Source: a virus
Direction: 5' to 3' (one strand)
IMG/VR virus record: IMGVR_UViG_3300028835_002196
Location: 1 to 64,000 of that record
DNA length: 64,000 nt
The notes under the pieces are model-generated. The model was given only the letters and a program-made list of their open reading frames with translations, was not told the DNA's origin and did no database searches. Shown piece by piece: positions 26,220 to 36,386 of the stretch. A program made the position numbers and the translations under genes. Position 1 is the first letter of the stretch; each line of letters starts with the position of its first letter.

Positions 26220-26565
26220 CTATCCTCTTCACTCCATTTCACGGCATTTTCATTTCTCCGACAATACTTTATTAGTTCTACTTCAATTGAACCTTCTATC
26301 GGGTCTTTAATTGCAACAAGAATACCCGCTCTTTCAGGTATACATTTCAATGCAATTAGTTTGAGTTTTTCCGGTACTGCAAAAAATAACTGAGCAATCT
26401 TTTCGTCATGATGACCATGCCATTTCCTGTGGCATACCCGGCTTTACTTAAACTTAAAATATCACACTCATGTAAATCCATTCCCCAGCTCACATTTGGA
26501 ACAATAAGGTTTGTTCTTGTTCCAAGATATTCCATAACTGCTATTTCTATATCAAGACTTTTCAT
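26135..26565 (-). pseudogene. Frameshifted PD-(D/E)xK nuclease-like (MmcB-like) gene
   Basis: IVPNVSWG..HECDILSLSKAGYAT in one frame continues as KWHGH..KIAQLFFAVPEKL...IPERAGILV in another; the expected ExK segment is absent. Confidence 0.55.
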
Positions 26566-27401
26566 GAATTAGCCATTTTATAACCAACAACAGTTGGATT
26601 TGACCATTCTCTCGTAAAAAGATTCCATTTTCTTTTATCCGGAATTTCGTTAGAAAATTTATATTCATTATTCTTGTAAAACATGGCCATTGGTGTAAAT
26701 CCTAATCCCATAACATCAGTCAACCTTTTTTCCGCCTTTTCAAATGTATCTGTCGGATAACCTATTAAAACAAAACATTTTGCCTTATGTTTTTTATTTT
26801 TATGAATTATTCCGGCTTTCTTAAGCATTTTTGAAGCACTTATTAAGGGTTCAAAGTCATCTGGTGTATCATAAGCAAAAAATATACGTTCTAATTTAAG
26901 TTGCAACAATAAATCAATATGCCATTCTTTCAACCTTCGTGCTTCTAATCCGCCGGTAAACGCAATCCATTGATCTTGCCGCTTTAACATTTCAAATACA
27001 TTCCGGATATGATCTTCTGAACACGCAAGTAGATTATCATCCAAAATATTCCATCCATTTTTTATTTCCAGCTCCTCGATATCCCCAAACTTTTTCCAAA
27101 CATTACAAAACCAGCACTTATTCGGACAACCCCGGCTCGTGATCACATATCCCTTTTTAAGATACATGCCAAGCATAAATTCTCCTTTACAATTATTTGT
27201 TGCCGGGCCACCTATCTTTACCGGTGCAACTAACCTCCATTGTTCAGCTAACTGTTCTGCTCTTTCTAAGTCCCAACTAAATGTAACGCTAATATGAATT
27301 TCATCTGCCTGGTCAAATAATCCGGGAGTCCCAAACCTCACCTTATCATCCAAAGGAGTGGCGTTTGTTTTTCTCGGAAACACTCGAATTATTTTATTCA
27401 T
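26562..27401 (-). CDS. Radical SAM protein
   Basis: TSRGCPNKCWFC (CxxxCxxC); LDDNLLA. Confidence 0.85.
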   Translation of the reverse strand: MNKIIRVFPRKTNATPLDDKVRFGTPGLFDQADEIHISVTFSWDLERAEQLAEQWRLVAPVKIGGPATNNCKGEFMLGMYLKKGYVITSRGCPNKCWFCNVWKKFGDIEELEIKNGWNILDDNLLACSEDHIRNVFEMLKRQDQWIAFTGGLEARRLKEWHIDLLLQLKLERIFFAYDTPDDFEPLISASKMLKKAGIIHKNKKHKAKCFVLIGYPTDTFEKAEKRLTDVMGLGFTPMAMFYKNNEYKFSNEIPDKRKWNLFTREWSNPTVVGYKMANS

Positions 27402-28233
27402 AACCTATTGTATATTGTCCTTGATCTTTGCCATCATAATTCATCCAAATACATTCCCTGCCTTTCCTTCCGGAGATAGTATGATAATCTCCCAGCGGAA
27501 TCATAACACAATCCTTGTAAAGCCTGTTCATTGTCGGGCACTCATAACCGCTGATCATGAACATTCCCCTGACCTGGTGTAATACTTCTGCAAGGTCCTG
27601 GTGATCCTGATCACTAAAATCAAACATATAATCATGATGACTTGTTCTACTTTCACGACAATACGGGGGATCGCAATAAAAGAAAGTCTTGGGATCATCA
27701 ACTAATGGCACTAGTTTCCGAAAATCCCGGTTTTCAATCTGAATACATTTAAGCCGGTCAATCACCGGTAATAACTTTTCAACCCCATTTAACCATTTTG
27801 AGACAATTTCGGCGACATTCGCCCTGGAATTTTTACAGGTAGGACCCCAGCCCTTATTTTCTCTTTGTGATCCTAATCCGAAAAAACTCTGCCTCAGCCT
27901 GACATAAAATCTCCTGGCCTTTTCAACATCACTACAACTCTCAATGTCCCATGCCTGGTTATATTCTTCCCTCGAGGTGGGAGTAAGGTATAATAACGAC
28001 AATAATTCCTGGGGCTGCTCTCGTAATGTTTTGAAGAAATTTACTACTTCGCTATTAATATCATTAGCCGTATCAATCCCTGATAATGGTTTGTTCAGAG
28101 TTACAACCATGCTCCCGCAAAACAGATCCACGAAATGATCATGCTTGGGGAAATAATCATATAACTTCTGTACCATCTGGAATTTTCCCCCAAAATAGTT
28201 GAATGCAATTAATTTTTTCGTGTTCCCTGCCAT
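27394..28233 (-). CDS. Dam-family DNA adenine methyltransferase
   Basis: FNYFGGK; FVDLFCGS; ANDIN; FYCDPPY. Confidence 0.9.
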   Translation of the reverse strand: MAGNTKKLIAFNYFGGKFQMVQKLYDYFPKHDHFVDLFCGSMVVTLNKPLSGIDTANDINSEVVNFFKTLREQPQELLSLLYLTPTSREEYNQAWDIESCSDVEKARRFYVRLRQSFFGLGSQRENKGWGPTCKNSRANVAEIVSKWLNGVEKLLPVIDRLKCIQIENRDFRKLVPLVDDPKTFFYCDPPYCRESRTSHHDYMFDFSDQDHQDLAEVLHQVRGMFMISGYECPTMNRLYKDCVMIPLGDYHTISGRKGRECIWMNYDGKDQGQYTIGYE

Positions 28234-28234
28234 A

Positions 28235-29005
28235 TTACTGATTAAAAAGGTCATTCTGAAGAAATTCTATAATCCGAAGATTAGCCAAATTACAATAAAA
28301 TAATGAATTATCACTCCCACAATATAGCCTGTTAAGCTTTAATGCAGTAATAGCAGTTGTACCACTTCCCATAAACGGAGCATACACTATCTGCCCGGGA
28401 TCCGTACTGAACATTATTGCCCGGCCAACTAATTTTTCAGGCATTTGAGCCAAATGAGCTTTCTCCCGGGTCCCTAGTTTTAAAATAGCCTCCGGATGTA
28501 CTATTGACCCAGCGTAAATAGGCCTGATATCATCCCAATAATCCAGTAATTGTCCTCTTTGATTCTCTTTTCGCTTGGGATTCCAGGGAACTACACCCTG
28601 CCTGGTTTCTGCATAGGTATTAAATATGTAATCTTTTGTTTTCGCATAGAACAATATCGGTTGCGTGCTGTTCCAAAAACTTCTCTTTGTATGATCACCG
28701 GTAACATTTTTCCATTTAATCAGATTTAGAAATATCCCATGTTTGTCCATTAACGGAAATGTTTTTGACAGATTCCGATCGAGCGTCATTAAGTAAAAAC
28801 TGCCGGTAGGTTTTAATATTCGCCAGCACTCACTTATCCACTGATCACACCATTGAAAATAATCCGTCCTTTTATCGTTAGATCCCCTGTATTTTTTTCC
28901 AATATTGAAGGGAGGATCTGCGAATATCATATCAACACTTTCGCTGTGCATGTTATACAGTGCATCTAACACGTCTTTATTAAATATTGTGTCTATGTAA
29001 TTCAT
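28235..29005 (-). CDS. N4/N6 DNA methyltransferase (beta class)
   Basis: FADPPFN; H.AQMPEKL; APFMGSGTT. Confidence 0.9.
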   Translation of the reverse strand: MNYIDTIFNKDVLDALYNMHSESVDMIFADPPFNIGKKYRGSNDKRTDYFQWCDQWISECWRILKPTGSFYLMTLDRNLSKTFPLMDKHGIFLNLIKWKNVTGDHTKRSFWNSTQPILFYAKTKDYIFNTYAETRQGVVPWNPKRKENQRGQLLDYWDDIRPIYAGSIVHPEAILKLGTREKAHLAQMPEKLVGRAIMFSTDPGQIVYAPFMGSGTTAITALKLNRLYCGSDNSLFYCNLANLRIIEFLQNDLFNQ

Positions 29006-29007
29006 GT

Positions 29008-29298
29008 TTACCTATAAGTCGTATAACCAAGTATTTTTAATTGCGTGGGATGAAAAGTATGTATCTGCCCGGTTTCTGCCTCCTCGACAATAGCCGTGGT
29101 TATTGTATTAACTCCCACAACCTCCTCTTCACTATTCATTACAGGATTACTTTCTTGCCCCCAATGGTGAAGGTATCCCTTTAATTCACGAAAATCCGGC
29201 AGTTCTTCTTCATCTTTGCCTCCAGCTATATCTAACGCTCGTATTTCCTGTTCTTCTTCGGTCAAATCTATATTTACACTAACCAATAATTTTCTCAT
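29008..29298 (-). CDS. Hypothetical protein
   Basis: GYLHHWG...TTAIVE..TGQI motif recurrent in phages. Confidence 0.55.
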   Translation of the reverse strand: MRKLLVSVNIDLTEEEQEIRALDIAGGKDEEELPDFRELKGYLHHWGQESNPVMNSEEEVVGVNTITTAIVEEAETGQIHTFHPTQLKILGYTTYR

Positions 29299-29654
29299 TA
29301 ATCTTCTTTTCTATAATAAATATCATCTTTAAATCTCCAACAATAACCATAAGCAGTATGTTGCCGGCCCTGTATTACAGCTCTTATATTTGAAGCATTG
29401 CCATTCATGCGTTTTGCTGCGGTGTTAATACTTGGATGAATTTGAATAATATGACCGTATTCATTAAGCTGTAAAACCGCTTTACCCTGTTTATAAAGGA
29501 TGGTGTTCGCTCTATAATCAAAACCGGCTCCATAAGCACAATCTATAGCGTAATTTAGGGCATCACTAATCTTATCAGCCCAACTGGCTTCATCCAGATG
29601 AGTTGTGGCCATAAACTCATACCAAATAATTTCTTTAGCTTTTTCTGGCTTCAA
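29298..29654 (-). CDS. NUMOD1 DNA-binding domain protein
   Basis: KAVLQL...IQIHPSINTAAK...SNIRAVIQGRQHTAYGYCWRF. Confidence 0.7.
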   Translation of the reverse strand: MKPEKAKEIIWYEFMATTHLDEASWADKISDALNYAIDCAYGAGFDYRANTILYKQGKAVLQLNEYGHIIQIHPSINTAAKRMNGNASNIRAVIQGRQHTAYGYCWRFKDDIYYRKED

Positions 29655-30751
29655 TATGTTAAATCTAATTTACCAATTTCTCTATCTACTATATCCTCTG
29701 AAGGTTTTTCTTTGAGGTTAATAACAAGGGATTTTGTTGTTAAATTACGTTTATCAACCCAGCGAACACCCCCGTCATTACCAAAGTCAATAAAATCTGA
29801 TCGGTTATTTACCATATACTCAATTAACTGGTTTTTTGTATAATCCCTCTTGAATCCTAATCTTTGAATGATCTTTTTCAACATTTCATCTTCCCTGCAT
29901 ACTGCAAATAAGGCAAAGGATCCTTGTATTCGATCACGTTCTTTTAAGAATTTTAATGACATATATTCTTTATAAGCCTCTGTATCGTCAGGGGGGGGTT
30001 CCAGTCTTTGAATTATCGCATCATACTTTTCCGCTATAGCAATTTCCCCTGCTATATCTGCTTCATTTCTCTTTAGAAAAGCTTCTTTTGCCGGAACTAT
30101 TCTATCATACCAGAAAGACTTTGTTACTTCAAGAATTTTCTCTGCCATGGCCCTGTCCTGTTGAATGTATTCAACCCGGAAATCATTACCATCCTTCAGG
30201 ATCGCTATTTCAGCGTAATCAACTTCTAATATTATCATGTATGTCTGTAACTGGACCAGGAAATACTGCGGGATACCACTTTCCCATACCTGGGAAGCCC
30301 AATAAGACAGGGTTTTGCATTCCAGGGGAACTTCATCAGTTAAAGGTTCGCTGGTAATAAAATTTGCTCCCCCTTCAATATTTATAACCCTATCTACAGA
30401 CGCAAATAACCACGGGTACTTGGGATTAACCACGTACCCGTTAACATTCTTACATCTGCGAATTACCCGGTTATTAGCCCGGTTTTTAACATATCCATCA
30501 GGGGTGTCATCCCAATACTGCCAGATCTCGGCTATTTTATTCTCATGCTCCCTGCCCCAAAACATTTTCGTGTTATCTTCCATCCATAGATCTGCTGTCC
30601 CTACTTTCTCGTGGTATATACGCATCCAGGTATCATACTTGTTTATTCCCAACACCGTTCCTACTTCCGATCCACCAATACCATTTGCCCTGTAAGCATA
30701 CCACCCAGGGCTGTGCATGGCCATTCTGATTATCTTAATACCCTTTTTCAT
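29651..30751 (-). CDS. YqaJ-like recombination exonuclease
   Basis: W.AYR..GIGGSE; WGREHE; PWLFASVDR; LECKT; YFLVQLQTYM. Confidence 0.85.
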   Translation of the reverse strand: MKKGIKIIRMAMHSPGWYAYRANGIGGSEVGTVLGINKYDTWMRIYHEKVGTADLWMEDNTKMFWGREHENKIAEIWQYWDDTPDGYVKNRANNRVIRRCKNVNGYVVNPKYPWLFASVDRVINIEGGANFITSEPLTDEVPLECKTLSYWASQVWESGIPQYFLVQLQTYMIILEVDYAEIAILKDGNDFRVEYIQQDRAMAEKILEVTKSFWYDRIVPAKEAFLKRNEADIAGEIAIAEKYDAIIQRLEPPPDDTEAYKEYMSLKFLKERDRIQGSFALFAVCREDEMLKKIIQRLGFKRDYTKNQLIEYMVNNRSDFIDFGNDGGVRWVDKRNLTTKSLVINLKEKPSEDIVDREIGKLDLTY

Positions 30752-30759
30752 ATTATATT

Positions 30760-30987
30760 TTAATTTTCGGATGTAAAAATTTTCAACCTGATTGCTTTTG
30801 CCAATTCTTCCAGTTTTTCTGCAAGCAGTTTAGGTGTAAGTGTCTTATCAAAAGTGAGAAAAAATGAGTGATCTTTTTTCATGCCTGCCATTAAAAATAA
30901 TCTTGATTTCTCCTTGGTAAGTTGCTTCGCCCATTTACTAGCCCGATCATTATTAAATATTTCTGTTACTCTGTCTTCTCCTATCAT
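30760..30987 (-). CDS. Hypothetical protein
   Basis: ORF in operon. Confidence 0.5.
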   Translation of the reverse strand: MIGEDRVTEIFNNDRASKWAKQLTKEKSRLFLMAGMKKDHSFFLTFDKTLTPKLLAEKLEELAKAIRLKIFTSEN

Positions 30988-31655
30988 AATTCATCAAGAT
31001 TAAGGTGTTTCAGCATTCCTTTTACAGTATTATAATAATCATTCAACTTTTCTATTTGCCCGGGAAGTAATTTTTCAGGAAAAGATCCCTGATGTAAAAT
31101 ATCTTCTTTGATATTAACATAATGCCTGGCAATTTCATTTACCAGGTTCTCATGCCGTTTTACTAAAGTAACCGTAGTGTTATATGTTTTGCTACAAATC
31201 TCAAGCTCTGTCTTTAACTTTTCAAAATAAGCCTGGTATTTCTTTTTTTTATCGGCAGGAATAATACTATCTCTCATATATTCCCATCCTTTCTCTACTT
31301 TTTCTGCTAATGGAAGGATAAACCGGCCGTGAAACTCGTCCAATTGACTTGCACATTCCCAATTATCCACTACACTGTACTCGTCTTTGGGATTATATTC
31401 GTCAGCCTTCTGCACATGTTGTTGTAAAACATTAATAGGTACAATATTAAGATTTACACCTTTTATGTTTTGCTGCGGAAACTCCCGGATCTTTCTTATT
31501 GGTATAACAAATGTTCCCGGATACAACAACTTTCCTGTTCCTTTCTCAATATAGGTAATTTTAACCATTACCTGATCATTGGCATCTAATCCCAGGACAT
31601 TAAGCCCCACGGACCGGTCCTTCCATATAGGTTCTTCTATTTCAATTAATTTCAT
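30984..31655 (-). CDS. Hypothetical protein
   Basis: Coupled 223-aa ORF. Confidence 0.6.
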   Translation of the reverse strand: MKLIEIEEPIWKDRSVGLNVLGLDANDQVMVKITYIEKGTGKLLYPGTFVIPIRKIREFPQQNIKGVNLNIVPINVLQQHVQKADEYNPKDEYSVVDNWECASQLDEFHGRFILPLAEKVEKGWEYMRDSIIPADKKKKYQAYFEKLKTELEICSKTYNTTVTLVKRHENLVNEIARHYVNIKEDILHQGSFPEKLLPGQIEKLNDYYNTVKGMLKHLNLDEL

Positions 31656-31981
31656 GACAGTTTCAATTCAGGGTGACGGCTGAGTTCTTTTATTCTCTGG
31701 CTTTCTTTTTTACTCAACACGCACCCGCTACCCTCATTTTTCTCCCATTCCTTTGCATGATCAATTAATTGCTGGGCAATTTTCATCCAGAAATTCTGAA
31801 TATCCTCACCCATCATATTAAAAAAAGTAAGTGCAAAGGCTTTCCCATGTTGCCGGGCAAGTTTTTCGGCAAGATTTTTAATATGGGGCGTACCCTCGTA
31901 AAGGGCTTCCGCTAATTCCCTAGCAGACAACTTTGCGTCTTCGGGTTTCAGCATTACTGAGTTAAACGGAGTTAATACCAT
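31652..31981 (-). CDS. Hypothetical protein
   Basis: Coupled ORF. Confidence 0.55.
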   Translation of the reverse strand: MVLTPFNSVMLKPEDAKLSARELAEALYEGTPHIKNLAEKLARQHGKAFALTFFNMMGEDIQNFWMKIAQQLIDHAKEWEKNEGSGCVLSKKESQRIKELSRHPELKLS

Positions 31982-31985
31982 AATC

Positions 31986-32900
31986 TTACGATTTGATTTT
32001 TACTGGCAATTCTATCTCGAATTTTATATTATTTATTGCTTTTTCAACAATGCCCGGTACTTCTTCTTTGATGATCCTACGTACCTGATCATCAATTTCC
32101 ATTAATGCTTTTGCAGACAAATTTACTCCACTAGGGCCAGGAGCACCTATTCCCTTATACGTATCCCAAATTCCTTTACCATCAGACGCAGTCTTATACT
32201 TGCCACCATCAGGCTGAGGGGTCCCTACTGGAAAAAGCACCCCCATATCTTCATATACTTTAAACTTACCATCAGGGCATTCCACAAAATTAACTATTCC
32301 GTTTTCTTTATCAACCCACACGAAATTTCCTACACGCACTTCTAAATCTATTTTAGCTTCCTGCTTACCTTCAGGAGTAAATTCCAATGTCTCTTTCGTG
32401 ACAATCTCAACATCTGCCTTATCCATAGATGTCTCCTGATCCCCGGCATTAATTTCTGAAACGTCTTCGGGAGCCGTAACGTGAACTTCTTTCCTGCTTT
32501 TCGGATCAGTATATGTCCTTACCTTAGAATCATCGGGAGACGGACTACTATCGGTCTTCTTCTCACGTGTAAGCTTCTTTGTCTTAAGGTCATCTATCTG
32601 AATAATTTTAACCGGTTTTTCCCCATGATCTTTAATAACACCGGCTTCAATAAACAAGTTATTACTAGCTTTATACAGGGTCTCCCAATGTCTTTGAGGG
32701 ATTTGAGTAAACCAGTAACTCTCATTTCCCAGGCGAGTATATATGTAATCAGGAACGCCTAATATTCTACAAACCTCCTGAGTTGATACCTGGTTAAGTT
32801 CTCTTCGAAATTCTAATATTTTACTTGCTACCTTTTTATAAACAAGCTCGCTCCATGGATAACGTTTTGGATTCATAATATATAGTTTTAAAATGGACAA
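31986..32900 (-). CDS. Hypothetical protein with N-terminal HTH-like segment
   Basis: STQEVCRILGVPDYIY. Confidence 0.55.
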   Translation of the reverse strand: MSILKLYIMNPKRYPWSELVYKKVASKILEFRRELNQVSTQEVCRILGVPDYIYTRLGNESYWFTQIPQRHWETLYKASNNLFIEAGVIKDHGEKPVKIIQIDDLKTKKLTREKKTDSSPSPDDSKVRTYTDPKSRKEVHVTAPEDVSEINAGDQETSMDKADVEIVTKETLEFTPEGKQEAKIDLEVRVGNFVWVDKENGIVNFVECPDGKFKVYEDMGVLFPVGTPQPDGGKYKTASDGKGIWDTYKGIGAPGPSGVNLSAKALMEIDDQVRRIIKEEVPGIVEKAINNIKFEIELPVKIKS

Positions 32901-34840
32901 TCATCATCAATAGGGGTATATATTTCCAACTGATCAGGATCCTCTTCCTGAGTGATCGTTCCAAGGTTTATTTTTTTATGTGTTATATGATAGTCTTTGT
33001 CTTTTTTATTTATCCTGAAATTATTGAATTTAAGAAAATCAAGCCTGATAATCCCTTCTGTTCCAATCTCCTCAAACCGAATCTTCTCTACTTTCAGATA
33101 AGTAGTTGTAATATCTTTGGCCTTATATTTCAAGTCATCGTTTTCCTCTTCCATCTCCGCAGCTTCCCCATCGGTAAGAGCAGCAAATTTATACCTGTGT
33201 ATAATGACTGCAATATCCGCCTTCTCATACCATGCCGAAGATCCTTTGATATCATAAACACTTGGCATAATGTAATTTCCATTCCTGTCTTTCGCTAATT
33301 TCGTGGGATGAGCAATAATAAAACCATGAATATTATGATAGGTATTAAAATCCGCCAAGTATTCAAGTTGGCTTTCAATAAATTTGGTTTCGCTCATGTA
33401 GCCTGGTGCATCATTATCCAGCTTATTATAAGCATCAATCACATAACCAAAGATATTCTCTGTTTTAACAAGATGGCTAATATATTTACAAATAGACTGT
33501 AATTTAGTCACATCTGTCCTTTTAATCGTGCCATCAAAACTTTCATAATTCCGGTTATCAGGAGCCACTACAATGAAACGGTTCTCGATAAAGTTCAATA
33601 TATCTGCCCATTCCTTATCATCCATACTATCAGGTTGACCCTCCTGATATGTTTTCTCAACGAACAATTCAGCCAATTTAACGTGTTCTCTTGCTGTTGG
33701 CCTGTTTTCAGGTGTAAACATGGCCAGTTTAACTTCAGTATTTACCTTCACAAGTTCTTTTAAATACCATCTTAAAACAACAGATTTCCCCATGCCCGGA
33801 ACGCCTGACCAGAAAGATATATGGCCTCTTTTAGGAGTAAATAAAAAATCCAGTTCCGGATGTCCGCAGCTCAAGCCGGGTTGTAACCCTTGTTTACGAT
33901 ATTCAATTAAATCATGCTTTATATCACTTGGCCGGATAATTCCCTGAATAGGCAGATTAGTGGCATTCTCATAACATTCCCTGACTTTATCAACACCCAG
34001 GGCCTCTAACTTGTCTGCCCCTCTCAATACTTCATTAATATCTTTGTAACCTTTGGGATACTTTATTATCTTACATCTCCACTTACCCAGCCTGCGGGTA
34101 AGCTCTTCAAATAGCACATACCCGGCATCGTCATCATCAACGCTGATATAAAAATAATCAACATGCTTTGCTATTTCCCTGAAATAAGGATCATTGAGAT
34201 AATTAAATTCCTTTTTAAAATTTTTTGCCTTCAGGCTGGGTGCTCCCTGGGGAACACTAAGTATATTCCTTAGCCCGGCCTCCCGGTAAGTCAGACAATC
34301 CCATTCTCCTTCTGTAATACCTACAATATTGTCTTCTTCCCGGAGGGGATCTTTATTAATTGACAGGGTTTCTAATCCCCAAAAAACAATTTTAGTCCCA
34401 TACTCTTTCTTGATCTGCCACCACTTAAGCTTTGCTCCGGGTTTATAGTTCAGGAATTTTACATTAACCAGGGCGTAATTTTCATAATAAGGAAAACCGA
34501 TAATACCCTTATCGGTTTCATATATCATAGCCTGGGTCAATGTTGTTGTTGAAAAACCGCGATCCCTGTAATACTTTGTAAATTCCAGGGAAAATTTCCT
34601 CTCTACATTCATATGTGTCGGCATGCCCGAATTTGCCCTAACCTTCTCATACTTCTCCATCACTTCCAAATTGCCGGACCATCCACAACGATGACACTTA
34701 AACCATCTGTTACCAACTTCATTGTTTACCGTAAGGCAAGGGTGTTTGGGGTGTTTGCTTGTCTCGCTACAATTAGGACAGGTAACAGAATGTCGGTCTT
34801 TCCCCGGGGGGGACTTTATGCCTAATTCTATAAATTCCAT
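32888..34840 (-). CDS. Bifunctional DNA primase-helicase (T7 gp4/Twinkle type)
   Basis: Zn finger CPNC..CHRC; TOPRIM ITEGEWD and DDDDAG; Walker A GVPGMGKS; IAHPTK; DIKGSSAW. Confidence 0.92.
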   Translation of the reverse strand: MEFIELGIKSPPGKDRHSVTCPNCSETSKHPKHPCLTVNNEVGNRWFKCHRCGWSGNLEVMEKYEKVRANSGMPTHMNVERKFSLEFTKYYRDRGFSTTTLTQAMIYETDKGIIGFPYYENYALVNVKFLNYKPGAKLKWWQIKKEYGTKIVFWGLETLSINKDPLREEDNIVGITEGEWDCLTYREAGLRNILSVPQGAPSLKAKNFKKEFNYLNDPYFREIAKHVDYFYISVDDDDAGYVLFEELTRRLGKWRCKIIKYPKGYKDINEVLRGADKLEALGVDKVRECYENATNLPIQGIIRPSDIKHDLIEYRKQGLQPGLSCGHPELDFLFTPKRGHISFWSGVPGMGKSVVLRWYLKELVKVNTEVKLAMFTPENRPTAREHVKLAELFVEKTYQEGQPDSMDDKEWADILNFIENRFIVVAPDNRNYESFDGTIKRTDVTKLQSICKYISHLVKTENIFGYVIDAYNKLDNDAPGYMSETKFIESQLEYLADFNTYHNIHGFIIAHPTKLAKDRNGNYIMPSVYDIKGSSAWYEKADIAVIIHRYKFAALTDGEAAEMEEENDDLKYKAKDITTTYLKVEKIRFEEIGTEGIIRLDFLKFNNFRINKKDKDYHITHKKINLGTITQEEDPDQLEIYTPIDDDCPF

Positions 34841-34843
34841 AGG

Positions 34844-35251
34844 CTAAAGACAATAACCCAGGCTAACATTCAAATATTTCATTGATTTATCGTCCCTGTA
34901 TATAAATCTCGGACCTTTGTGATCATCCCCAGGGAAAGGATAACAGTGATTCAATGCAACCCCCGTGTCAGCACCATCATTAAAAAAAACTGGCCGGTTA
35001 GTCATGTTTGTTATCGTGGGAACACTTTTTTTGGTCAGGTCAGCAAATTGCTTAATCGTCCAAACATTATATCTCATACGCTCTATGACGTACTCTTTGT
35101 CTTTGTTAAGCTTCTTGCTGAGCATGCCTATAAGATCATGATCAAACTTAACAAAACAAATTATAACATCCTTTATTTCTCCCGGACGTTCCTGAATTAC
35201 TACCGAATCTTCTTTTGTCTCTGTCATATTATAAAACTTTTGTTTGCTCAA
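34844..35251 (-). CDS. Putative DNA-binding protein
   Basis: WTIKQFADLTKKSVPTITNM HTH-like segment. Confidence 0.5.
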   Translation of the reverse strand: MSKQKFYNMTETKEDSVVIQERPGEIKDVIICFVKFDHDLIGMLSKKLNKDKEYVIERMRYNVWTIKQFADLTKKSVPTITNMTNRPVFFNDGADTGVALNHCYPFPGDDHKGPRFIYRDDKSMKYLNVSLGYCL

Positions 35252-35379
35252 AGATATTCATAAAAGATAACTTTTACAAACTTTCTTTTAAATAAAATTT
35301 GCTATAAATAAAACATGGGGCAATCTTGTGTGAAAGCCCCATGAGTGAAGATCTAAATAGCGAGGAGCTATGAGATCTA

Positions 35380-35989
35380 TTATCTTTTTAGTTTTATTTT
35401 TCGGCCAAACTTAAACCCGATCAAATTTTCCTGACCAAACCTGGTATACTGGATACCGTAGATGTTATCCTTCTTGTTGATCAAGTCCAGATCAGCTCCG
35501 AATAAGAACTTTCCGCTATGGGTTCCCCCCCCTAACCTAATAGCACCATATAATCCTGTTTGCTGAACCCTGACCTCGTACGGTACCGGTATAGGTTTTG
35601 TTACCTCCACGATCGTCTGCACCTCTGTGAGGGTTATTTCATGTCGCCAATTCCAATACGTTAGCAAACCTTTTACTGTTGCATTAATCCAAAAAGAACG
35701 TATCATTAATAGTGCTATCACTATAATAATTTGTCTGAGGATCTACAGCTATAGCTTTTGGAATTTCACGATCAATAAACTCTGTTTTCCATCGTGTTAT
35801 AAAGGTGTCTACCTTTACCGTATCCGGAGGCCTGTTAGCAATGGCTATGATACTATCAATAAAAGATTGATCAACCACTGTTTTACCGGCCGGTAATTTA
35901 TCTGGTCTCGAACATTCTTGCAGAAATACAACATACCCTACCAATACAATGATAGTAATACCCATTAATGATATGCCAAATTTTTTCAT
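35380..35989 (-). CDS. Membrane-anchored (spanin-like) protein split over two frames
   Basis: N-terminal TM, then DTVKVDT..., stop at 35684; beta-strand-rich continuation SFWINATVKG...IGFKFG in the +1 frame. Confidence 0.45.
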
Positions 35990-35991
35990 TA

Positions 35992-36291
35992 CTAGGTAGC
36001 TGAAATGGTTGCATTTGATGAGGCAACTTTCCAATTCGAGCCATCACTGATAGCTAGCGTTGGAGCACCCGCATGACCATCGGTCACATAAATCATTGCA
36101 CCTGCAACTTGTTCTTCATCCAAAGCCTGGGCCTCGGCAGTAGTGTATGATGGTAACATGAAGGGAAGTTCAACAAAGGCCCTGGTCCCCTGTACTCCTA
36201 TTCTTTTACGACCACCAGTAACCGTCTGAAATTGGATCGCACTTATATCTAAATCACGATCAAATACTCTTTTTGGAACATCAAGTTTCAT
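35992..36291 (-). CDS. Putative virion decoration / fibre protein
   Basis: LPSYT...GAMIYVTD...G.PTLAISDGSNW motif found in phage head and tail fibre domains. Confidence 0.5.
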   Translation of the reverse strand: MKLDVPKRVFDRDLDISAIQFQTVTGGRKRIGVQGTRAFVELPFMLPSYTTAEAQALDEEQVAGAMIYVTDGHAGAPTLAISDGSNWKVASSNATISAT

Positions 36292-36386
36292 AATTTTTAA
36301 TGGTTTAAGTTAATACTGGATTTAATTATATAAAAAAACGAATTTACATTATTTTCCTTAATATCTCCTATCCAATCCATAATAAT

